64,000 bases of DNA. It comes from an uncultured delta proteobacterium (GTDB lineage: Bacteria > Desulfobacterota > Binatia > Binatales > Binataceae). The position numbers were made by a program, and so were the translations under genes. Below are positions 19,708 through 28,062 of the stretch, piece after piece. The notes beneath the pieces were generated by a model. That model worked only from the letters and a program-made list of their open reading frames with translations, had not been told where the DNA came from and did not search any database. Each line of letters starts with the position of its first letter. Within the stretch, counting starts at the first letter, position 1. The stretch is taken from NCBI GenBank assembly GCA_963782535.1, contig CAWAKE010000011.1, positions 5,520-69,519 on the forward strand. The letters run 5' to 3'.

Positions 19708-20289
19708 ATGGCCTTCGAACTGCCTACTCTCCCTTACGCGATCGACGCGCTCGCGCCCCACATTTCCAAGGAGACCCTGGAATTTCATCACGGCAAGCAT
19801 CACGCCGCCTACGTCACTAATCTCAATAACCTGACCAAGGGCACCGCGAACGAAGGTAAATCGGTCGAAGAGATCATGAAGACCGCCGGTCCGGGCGGCC
19901 TCTTCAACAACTCTGCGCAGCATTACAACCATAGCTTCTACTGGAAGTCGCTCAAGCCCAAGGGCGGCGGCGAGCCCAGCGGTGCGCTGGCCGACGGTAT
20001 CAAGAAGGCATTCGGCGATTTCGAGGCCTTCAAGAAGAAGTTTACCGAGACCGCCGTCACCCATTTTGGGTCCGGCTGGGCCTGGCTGGTGAAGAATTCC
20101 GATGGCTCGCTCGAGGTGGTCGGCACCCACGACGCCGACAGCCCGATCGTTCACGGCAAGACCCCGCTGATCACCTGCGACGTATGGGAGCACGCATACT
20201 ACATCGATTATCGCAACGCGCGCGCGAAATACGTCGAGGCCTTCTGGAATCTCGCCAACTGGGATTTCGCGGCGGCCAACCTGAAATAG
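19708..20289 (+). CDS. sodB: Fe/Mn-family superoxide dismutase (Fe type likely)
   Basis: Has MAFELPTLPYAIDALAPHISKETLEFHHGKHH and DVWEHAYYIDYRN metal-ligand motifs. 193 aa. Confidence 0.95.
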   Translation: MAFELPTLPYAIDALAPHISKETLEFHHGKHHAAYVTNLNNLTKGTANEGKSVEEIMKTAGPGGLFNNSAQHYNHSFYWKSLKPKGGGEPSGALADGIKKAFGDFEAFKKKFTETAVTHFGSGWAWLVKNSDGSLEVVGTHDADSPIVHGKTPLITCDVWEHAYYIDYRNARAKYVEAFWNLANWDFAAANLK

Positions 20290-20415
20290 CCAACTTCTCT
20301 GCCGGGGCGTGCGCAACCGGCGCGCGTCCCGGCCGCGATACCGACCTTCAATTACGCTCGCGAAGCCGCGGCCGTCGCGCCCGGTTCGATTTGCCTGTGA
20401 ACGCCCATCGGGAAA

Positions 20416-20850
20416 GTGTCCACCCGTCATTCTGATCGGTCTGATAGCGCGATGCAGCCGATAGTGCGATCGCGCGCCGCCGCCGTGCGTAATAGGCTTG
20501 CGCGATTCGCGAGCCTCGGCTGCGCAGCGATCCTGGGCGCAGCGATCGCCTCAGCCTGCGGCAAGCCCCGCCAATTGAGCGCCGTCGCTCGCGGCGAAGT
20601 TATCTATCGCACCAATTGCGCTTCATGCCATAACCCCACCAACCCCAATCTGCCCGGTTCGATCGGTCCCGCGATCGCCGGTTCCTCCCGCGCCCTGCTC
20701 AATGCGCGCGTGCTCCACGCCGCTTACCCGCCGGGTTATAAGCCGCAGCGCAAGACTCACACGATGCGCCCGCTGCCGTGGCTCAACGGCCATATGGGCG
20801 ACCTCGCCGCCTACCTCGCCGGCGCCAAGGCCCATCATCCGGGCGCCTAG
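20416..20850 (+). CDS. c-type cytochrome (class I), probable lipoprotein/periplasmic
   Basis: Has the haem-binding motif CASCH and a signal/lipobox-like LGAAIASAC. The start may be ATG 20452. The stop TAG 20848-20850 lies inside the CTAG flanking the IS. Confidence 0.75.
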   Translation: MSTRHSDRSDSAMQPIVRSRAAAVRNRLARFASLGCAAILGAAIASACGKPRQLSAVARGEVIYRTNCASCHNPTNPNLPGSIGPAIAGSSRALLNARVLHAAYPPGYKPQRKTHTMRPLPWLNGHMGDLAAYLAGAKAHHPGA

Positions 20851-22405
20851 GAGTCCGTCCGAGAAATTTCGCCGGTTAAGTTGATCTCCGGATTGGAGCG
20901 ATTGGCTATTGATGATGCCGGTCGCCCCAGGATCCTGCGAAGCGCCGGCTGGTCGGCTGGCGACTACAAAGAGGTGCGCGTTTTGCTGCGGTATTTCTCG
21001 TGACCGCCTGGATGACGGTTACGCATTGCAGAGCCGGTGCAACTTCAAAATGTTGTGGGTGAGACAGACCAGCGCCCACTCGCCCCGGACTTTAGCCAAG
21101 CCGCGCAAAAGAAAGCGGCGAAACCCGCGGGCCTCTTTGATCTGGCCGAAGACCGGCTCCACGATCGTTTTCCGTGTCACATAGATTGCCCGCCCCACCT
21201 TAGTCTGAAGCTTGCGTTTCATGCGGTCGACCCGCGTCGCATTGCGCGGTAACGGTCCGCGCGAGCAGGGCTGGCGGTATTCGTCATGCTTCTGCTTGCC
21301 AGTCGCGATATAGCAATCGATCGGGTCTCCAGACTGACCGAGAGCCGCCAGATACGCGAGGTTCTTCTCCGAGCAATAGCCACTGTCGGCCACGAGGCCG
21401 GTGGGTCGCTGTCCGCTCTGTTGCTCGATCACCTGGACCATCGGTTCGATTTGCTGTTTATCGTTGGCTGCCGGCGTCACGCTCTGCCCCACGATTAACT
21501 GCAACACCGGCTCCACTGCCGCCTGCGCATTGTAGCCTTGCACCAGACCGTCGCTGCCCTGCATCAGGCGCGACTCCGGGTCGGTGAAATTGTATTGATC
21601 TTTGTCCGCGGGCTTCGCCGATTGCACTTCTGCGCGCGGCTTTCCGGCCTTCTCCGCCGACTGCCGCGCCCGCTCTTCCAGCGCCCGTTGCGCCGCGCGA
21701 ATCTTCCTTAGCCGGCTCTCGCGCCGCTGCAACTCTGCGGGTAGCTCGTCGCCCCGCCGATCGGCCCCGTAGTGCGCGTCTTCGGCGGCGTCCACCGCCT
21801 CGGCCTGGGCCAGCAGTTCCCGGACCTCTGCGCGCAGTTGCCGTTGCCGCTCCTGCATCCGGCCATAGCTCATCGCTTTGTGCTTGCTGGCGTTGGCTTT
21901 CAGCTTGGTGCCGTCCAACGCCACCCGCCCCAGTTTCAGCGCTCCCGCTTCCAGCGCGATCTTCAGCACCTCTTCAAACAGCCCGGCCAGCGTCGCCAGA
22001 TGGAGCTTGCGAAAATCTGCGATGGTACGGAAGTTCGGCGCGTTGCCCGCCGCCAGCACGCGAAACCCCACGTCCTCGATTAAACGCCGCTCGATGCGCC
22101 GCGAGCTAAATACCCCCACGCAATACCCATACACCAGCACCTTGGTCATCATCCGCGGATCGTAGGGCGGCTGCCCGCGTTGCTCGTCCCCATACGCCGC
22201 ATCCAGCGCCGATAGGTTCAGATTGTCGACCACATCGCTGACGAAGTAGACCAGATGATTCTCGGGCAACCATTCACGCAGGCTCGGGGGAAGCAGAAAC
22301 TCTTGATCCGGATGGTACGGTCGGTAGCTCTTACCCATGCCTAATTATCTACTACTCACACCCCGTTTTCTTCCTCAGTCAAATAACTATTTCTCGGACA
22401 CGCTC
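20851..22405 (-). mobile_element. complete insertion sequence, IS1182/IS5-superfamily, about 1555 bp
   Basis: Imperfect terminal inverted repeats: GAGTCCGTCCGAGAAAT (20851-20867) versus the reverse complement of 22389-22405, GAGCGTGTCCGAGAAAT (14/17). CTAG flanks both ends (20847-20850 and 22406-22409). One transposase ORF lies inside. Confidence 0.8.
21019..22338 (-). CDS. IS1182-family-like DDE transposase
   Basis: 439 aa with the N-terminal block YRPYHPDQEFLLPPSLREWLPENHLVYFV..YDPRMMTKVLVYGYCVGVFSSRRIE, a central coiled region and the C-terminal VEPVFGQIKEARGFRRFLLRGLAKVRGEWALVCLTHNILKL. Confidence 0.9.
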   Translation of the reverse strand: MGKSYRPYHPDQEFLLPPSLREWLPENHLVYFVSDVVDNLNLSALDAAYGDEQRGQPPYDPRMMTKVLVYGYCVGVFSSRRIERRLIEDVGFRVLAAGNAPNFRTIADFRKLHLATLAGLFEEVLKIALEAGALKLGRVALDGTKLKANASKHKAMSYGRMQERQRQLRAEVRELLAQAEAVDAAEDAHYGADRRGDELPAELQRRESRLRKIRAAQRALEERARQSAEKAGKPRAEVQSAKPADKDQYNFTDPESRLMQGSDGLVQGYNAQAAVEPVLQLIVGQSVTPAANDKQQIEPMVQVIEQQSGQRPTGLVADSGYCSEKNLAYLAALGQSGDPIDCYIATGKQKHDEYRQPCSRGPLPRNATRVDRMKRKLQTKVGRAIYVTRKTIVEPVFGQIKEARGFRRFLLRGLAKVRGEWALVCLTHNILKLHRLCNA

Positions 22406-22489
22406 CTAGTCGCCCCGCGCGCGCGATAGCCTGGTCGCGTCGGCGAGTGATATACGGAGGCGAGTCATTCATCTGCTCCAGGTGAGCCG

Positions 22490-25400
22490 ATGCGATGCGC
22501 AAAATGCGGGACGATTAATCCGGCGGGCAACAATTTCTGCGTGCATTGCGGAAATCAGTTGGCAGCGGTCTGTGCCAAGTGCGGTGCGGAGAACCCACCG
22601 ACGTCGAATTTTTGCGGCAAGTGCGGCGGTCCATTAAGCAAAGACCCACCAGCGCCCGGCACAACTTCTTCGCCCCAAGAGTCGCTTCCCGGATCGCAGA
22701 TCAGAGTCGCAGCCGATGCCGGCACCGCATCCGAAACCCTCGAGGGCGAGCGCAAGACCGTCACGGCGCTGTTTGCGGATATCAAAGGATCGACTGAGCT
22801 GATGGAGGACCTCGATCCTGAGGAAGCGCGTGCGATCATCGACCCGGCGCTGCGATTGATGATCGACGCGGCGCATCGCTACGACGGCTACGTCGTGCAA
22901 TCGACCGGCGACGGCATCTTTGCGCTGTTCGGCGCGCCGGTCGCCCACGAGGACCATCCGCAACGCGCGCTCTATGCCGCGGTGCGGATGCAGGAGGAAA
23001 TGCGGCGGTACTCCGCGAAACTGCGCGAGGCGGGCGACCTGCCGATTGAGGCGCGGATTGGCGCCAACACCGGTGAAGTAGTGGTGCGCTCAATCTCCAC
23101 CGGCAGCGGACACGTCGAGTACACGCCGATCGGCCATACAGCGAATCTCGCGTCGCGGATACAGGCGCTGGCGCCGACCGGTTCAATCGCAATCAGCGAA
23201 GCTACGCGCAAGTTGCGCGAAGGCTATTTCGTTTTGAAGCCGCTCGGCCCGACGCGAGTGAAGGGCCTGGGCGTGCCGGTCAACGTCTATGAGGTGACGG
23301 GCCTCGGTCCGCTGCGCACGCGATTGCAGCGCGCGGCGGGACGCGGGCTGACGAAATTCGTCGGGCGCGAGCGCGAAATGGACGCGATGCGCGCGGCCGC
23401 CGACCATGCGATTTCCGGTCACGGCCAGATCGTCGCCGCGATGGCGGAAGCGGGCACCGGCAAGTCACGACTGGTGTTCGAGTTCAAGGCCAAGCATCAG
23501 TCGGGCTGGATGGTGTTGGAGACTTTTTCAGTCTCCCACGGCAAGGCCAGTGCCTATCTGCCAATAATCGATCTGCTGCACACCTACTTCGACATCAAGT
23601 CCGAAGACGACGCGCGCAAGCGACGGGAGAAAGTCAACGGACGGATCGTGACCCTCGATCCCGTGCTCGAAGACACCCGGCCCTACCTGTTCGCGCTGCT
23701 CGGGGTCGTCGAGGGCGATGACCCGCTGGCCCAAATGGACGGGCAGATCAGGAAGCGGCGCACACTCGAGGCAATCAAGCGAATACTATTGCGCGAGTCG
23801 CTCAAGCAACCGCTGATGGTGATCTTCGAGGACCTGCACTGGATCGACGAGGAGACCCAGGCCTTTCTCAATCTACTGGCAGATTCGATCGGCACCGCGA
23901 GAGTGTTGCTGCTGGTGAACTACCGTCCGGAGTACTCCCATCAGTGGGTTAGCAAGACCTACTGCACGCAGTTGCGGCTCGACTCACTGGGCCGTGAAAG
24001 CGCCGACGAGATGCTGTCCGCGCTGCTCGGTGAGGGCGACGATCTGGCCGCCTTGAAACATCTGATTATCGAAAAGACTGAAGGCAACCCATTCTTTATG
24101 GAAGAGACGGTACAAGTGCTGTTTGACGAGGGCGCACTGGTGCGCGACGGCGCGGTGCACCTGACGAAACCCATCGGCGAGTTGAAGATTCCGCCGACGG
24201 TGCAGGGGATTCTCGCCGCGCGTATCGACCGGCTGCCGACGGATGCAAAAGACCTGCTGCAAACGCTCGCCGTGGTCGGGCGCGAATTTCCGATGTCGTT
24301 GATCCGTATGGTGCTCCCGAAATCGGACGAGGAACTCACCCGCATGCTGAATGAGTTGCAGCTTGGAGAGTTCATCTACGAGCAGCCGGCCGTTGGTGAC
24401 ACCGAATACATCTTCAAGCACGCGCTGACACAAGAGATCGCCTACAACTCGCTGCTGATTGAGCGCCGCAAGCAATTGCACGAACGAATCGGTGCCGCGA
24501 TCGAAGCACTGTACGCTAACTCGATCGAAGACCATCTCGACGAATTGGCCCGCCATTACAGCCGAAGCGGTAATGTGCCAAAGGCACTCGAGTTTCATGA
24601 GCGCGCGGGGCGTCAGGCGGTTCAGCGCCCGGCGTACACGGACGCAATGAGAGCTTTGACCGCCGCACTAGCGCTGCTGATGCGGCTGCCGGAGCGTACC
24701 GAGCGCGACCAGCGGGAGCTTGGCTTACAGACCACCCTCGGCTCGGTGCTGATGATCACCAAGGGATGGGCAGCGCCCGAAACCGAGAAGGTCTACCTTC
24801 TCGCGCACGAACTGGCCAGGACCGGTGGAACCCCGGAGCAACGATTCTCCGCGCTCGTCGGTTGGTTTGGAATCGCCTATGTCAGCGGCAGATTGTCCGC
24901 GGCTCGCGAGCGGTTTAAGGAGATTTTGGACTTCACTAGAGAGCACCCCGAGCCGGCGTTCGTTCTATAAGCCTGTCATTATGAGTGGTCCGTTGCGCTT
25001 TCGGCTGGGGACCTGAACGCCGCGCAAGGTCACGTCGAAGATGGGTTAGCATTCTACCAAGCGCATCCCGGTTCAGTCCCCGTCACGCCCTACAGCGCCC
25101 ATCATCCCGCCGTATGCGGACATGCATGGGGCGCCATCATATTCTGGCTGCGCGGCTATCCGGAGAGCGCGCGGCGGCATGCGGACCAGTCAGTCTCATT
25201 CGCGCACGAAGTTGGACATTCGCCTTCCGTGATTTTCGCATTGGGCCAAAGCGCAAACGTTCACCAAATTGCCAGAGAGGTCACGCCGGCCCTGGAGGCG
25301 GCCGAGGCTGCTATAACGATTGCGGAGAAAGAGGGCGTTCCCCTTTTTGAGGCCTGGGCGCGAGTAGCGAGGGGCTGGGCGCTGGCGTATCTGGGGCAGG

Positions 25401-25876
25401 CGGAACAAGGAGTTGCTCAGATCCATGAGGGCCTTGCGATGGCATCCGCGACCGGCGCGGAACTGTGGCGCACATACAATCTGGCGCAACTCGCCGAAGC
25501 CTGCGGAAAAGCGGGCCGCACCGACGAGGGTCTCGGGGTAATCGCGGAAGCTCTGGATGTCGTCCAGGAAAAGGGTGAACGATGGTGGGAGACTGAGATA
25601 CTTCGGCTTCGCGGCGAACTGTTGCTGCAGCGCAATCCTTCCGGGCTGGCGGAAGCTCAAACTTCGTTTGAGCGAGCAATCGAGATTGCGCGCAAGCAGA
25701 GCGCCAAGTCACTGGAGCTGCGCGCGGCGATGAGCCTCGCGCGGCTGCTGCGGGATACCAATCGCCGCGCCGAAGCGCGTGCGATGCTCGCCGACATCTA
25801 CAACTGGTTCACCGAGGGCTTCGATACCGCCGACCTCATCGACGCCAAATCCCTCCTCGACGAACTAAATACCTAG
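22490..25876 (+). pseudogene. STAND-type adenylate/guanylate cyclase (double zinc ribbon - class III cyclase - AAA/NACHT-like ATPase - TPR) interrupted by one in-frame TAA at 24968-24970
   Basis: ORFs 22490..24970 and 25229..25876 are in the same frame. The 258 nt between them are open and read like the family (..AGDLNAAQGHVEDGLAFYQ..FWLRGYPESARRHADQ..). Motifs: CAKCGT..CVHCG..CAKCG..CGKCG, cyclase TALFADIKGST..GDGIFALFGAP, P-loop AEAGTGKS, and the C-terminal FTEGFDTADLIDAKSLLDEL. Confidence 0.8.
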
Positions 25877-25933
25877 CCGCGCGTCCCTCCCGAAAATCGA
25901 GCATCGCGAACGTCAAGCACAGTGGCGCATGAT

Positions 25934-26148
25934 TGCGCAGCCCGCATCTTTACCAACGGGAAGTCTGAAACCTCGTCTTTCGAATCGCTCGCGGCGCTCG
26001 CTGTGCGCACGTCGCAGACTCCTTATTTTAGCGCTCCTCGCAAACTCGTTAGCTCGCTGCGCCTGCGGCTTCGCTGGTGTGCTCGACTTCGCTGCGCTCC
26101 GTCTAGTGCGAGGTTTCAGAAAAATATAAGTTTTGCGCTCCTCGACCA
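25934..26148 (+). repeat. dispersed hairpin repeat, copy C, split by an insert of about 130 bp between the two hairpin arms
   Basis: The left half GCGCAGCCCGCATCTTTACCAACGGGAAGTCTGAAACCTCG ends at 25974. The right half CGAGGTTTCAGAAAAATATAAGTTTTGCGCTCCTCGACCAC starts at 26108. Confidence 0.7.
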
Positions 26149-26274
26149 CTGTCCCGCCTTTCTTCGCGCTGCCGTGGCGCTGGCGCAGCGGGCCTCCTCC
26201 GTTGTAAGTTCGCCTTTTGCCGAGCGGGAAACTGACCCGCGAACCGAAACCGACCATGCGGAGGGTGTAACCCG

Positions 26275-26997
26275 ATGGAACTGCTCAAAGATCGAATTGC
26301 AATAATCACCGGTGGAACCGGCGCGCTCGGGCGCGCCGTCGGCGAACACTTTCTCGCCAACGGAGCCAAGGTCGCGGTGCCTTACATAATCGACGCCGAA
26401 GTGCCGCTCTTCCACGAAAAAATGGGCGGCCGCTTTCCCGCGGCGAACATTCATCTGGGCAAAATCGACGTCGGCAACGAGGAACAAGTCGCGGCCTTCG
26501 TCGGCGAGGTCGAGAAGAAATGGGGTCGCGTCGATATCCTGATCAACCTCGTCGGCGGCTTCTGGGGCTTCAAGACCGTGGCCGAGACCACCATGGCCGA
26601 ATGGCAGGCGATGTTCGACATCAATTTGAAGCCGACTTTCCTGTGCTGCCGCGCCGCCGTGCCGGTGATGCAGAAAAACAAGTACGGACGCATCGTGTCC
26701 GTCAGTTCGCGCACCGGACTCACCGGCGCGGGCGAGTTCGCCGCCTACGCGATCACCAAGGGCGCGATCAAAACCTTCACCGCGTCGCTCGCCGAAGAGG
26801 TGCTCAACGATAACGTACTGGTCAACGCGATCGCGCCCAGCACGATCGACACCGAGGCGAATCGCAAGGCGATGCCCAAGGCCAAGCACGAAAACTGGGT
26901 CAAGCCGGAAGACATCGCGCGCACGCTCGCATTCCTGTGCTCGGATCAGAACCAGGTGACGTCGGGCGCGGTGGTCCCGGTGTACGGTCGCGCATAA
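26275..26997 (+). CDS. SDR family oxidoreductase
   Basis: Has MELLKDRIAIITGGTGALGRAV, NLVGG and YAITKGA (Y-x3-K). 240 aa. Confidence 0.85.
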   Translation: MELLKDRIAIITGGTGALGRAVGEHFLANGAKVAVPYIIDAEVPLFHEKMGGRFPAANIHLGKIDVGNEEQVAAFVGEVEKKWGRVDILINLVGGFWGFKTVAETTMAEWQAMFDINLKPTFLCCRAAVPVMQKNKYGRIVSVSSRTGLTGAGEFAAYAITKGAIKTFTASLAEEVLNDNVLVNAIAPSTIDTEANRKAMPKAKHENWVKPEDIARTLAFLCSDQNQVTSGAVVPVYGRA

Positions 26998-27024
26998 TGG
27001 CAAGGGAATAAAAGGGGAGAATTG

Positions 27025-27106
27025 TCGAGGAACGCAGAACTGTAATTTTCTGAAACCTCACGAGGTTTCCGACTTCCCATTTGAAAGATGCAGGCTGCGC
27101 CCTGGG
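27025..27106 (-). repeat. dispersed hairpin repeat, copy D (reverse orientation)
   Basis: The reverse complement reads CCAGGGCGCAGCCTGCATCTTTCAAATGGGAAGTCGGAAACCTCGTGAGGTTTCAGAAAATTACAGTTCTGCGTTCCTCGA. Confidence 0.8.
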
Positions 27107-27394
27107 AGAACGCCGGCGAGGGGGCGACCGAACTGTCATCCTGAACGAAGTGAAGGATCTCGCGCGGTACTCCGCGCGTTAAGCCAAAACCCTCGCGTGG
27201 TTCTCCCCCGCGCGTTAAGCGAAAGCCCTCGCTCGGGTTCCGCGCGCTTGGGGCGGGGTGAGTTGCTGCGTCCGATTCTCCGGCCGACGCTCACGATGCA
27301 GCTTTGCGTGGTGAGGGCGGGCTCGCGTCATGACCGCTTAAGCTTTCCCGGCTGCATCGCAGCCGCGGCGATGCGGATCTCACCGCACTTTGGC

Positions 27395-27460
27395 CAATGG
27401 GAAGTCTGAAACCTCCATGAGGTTTCAGAAAAAAATAAGAGTTTTGCGTTCCTGAACCAC
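27395..27460 (+). repeat. dispersed hairpin repeat, copy E (forward orientation; cleanest copy)
   Basis: The sequence is CAATGGGAAGTCTGAAACCTCCATGAGGTTTCAGAAAAAAATAAGAGTTTTGCGTTCCTGAACCAC. It has a perfect 10-bp stem, CTGAAACCTC/GAGGTTTCAG. Confidence 0.85.
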
Positions 27461-27485
27461 TGGATTGCCCCGGGGGCGTCGCGGG

Positions 27486-27923
27486 TCAGATTTGAAAGTG
27501 GATCGCGCTCTTTCGCCGTGCCGCCAACGCCTGCAGCGTCGTGCGCCGCAAAATCGCGTTGACGCTGTCGCGCACCTCGCACCACACGTTGCGCATCGCG
27601 CAGACGTCGCCGCGCTGGCACGTCGAACCGCTGCTCTCCTCGAGACATTCGACCGGCGCGAAGTCGCCCTCGATAATCTCGACCACGTCCGCCATCGAGA
27701 TCTTTGCCGGATGACGCGCCAGCAGATAGCCCCCGCTCGGCCCTTTCTGGCTGGCCACCAGACCGCCGCGTTTGAGCTCGATCAGTAGCCGCCTCAGATA
27801 ATTCTCGGGAATCCCCTGAGCCGCTGCGATCTCCTCGACGCGCTGTGGCTGCACGTTCGGATAACGCTCCGCGAGCATGATTAGCGCCTTCAGGCAGTAG
27901 TCTACACCGACACCAAATTTCAT
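27486..27923 (-). CDS. Rrf2-family transcriptional regulator with three-Cys (Fe-S-type) ligand pattern
   Basis: Start at MKFGVGVDYCLKALIMLA. Has the wHTH segment AAAQGIPENYLRRLLIELKRGGLVASQKGPSGGY and a Cys cluster, C-x9-C-x5-C (VECLEESSGSTCQRGDVCA). It is divergent from sir. Confidence 0.85.
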   Translation of the reverse strand: MKFGVGVDYCLKALIMLAERYPNVQPQRVEEIAAAQGIPENYLRRLLIELKRGGLVASQKGPSGGYLLARHPAKISMADVVEIIEGDFAPVECLEESSGSTCQRGDVCAMRNVWCEVRDSVNAILRRTTLQALAARRKSAIHFQI

Positions 27924-27973
27924 AGGCTTATCGCCATCTTTATAGCATTTTCCGATCAATACGGGAATAGCTT

Positions 27974-28012
27974 ACTAACTTACTCATTTATTTAATTGAC
28001 TAACTAACTCAT
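27974..28012. promoter_or_regulatory. candidate operator: two 14-bp direct repeats ACTAACT(T/A)ACTCAT, 25 bp apart, in the AT-rich Rrf2/sir divergent intergenic region
   Basis: ACTAACTTACTCAT lies at 27974-27987 and ACTAACTAACTCAT at 27999-28012. This is the only strongly AT-rich stretch between the two divergent starts. Confidence 0.3.
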
Positions 28013-28062
28013 CTAAGTTATCTTTTGCCTCGATTCGTCCTTCAAGGAGCACCGAACGGACC

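Noticed and set aside
27172-27240. Two tandem repeats of about 33 bp (CCGCGCGTTAAGC..CCCTCGC), considered as a possible CRISPR remnant
   Set aside because: There are only two units, adjacent with a 4-bp spacer, and no cas genes in the window. They are part of the repeat-rich composite region instead.
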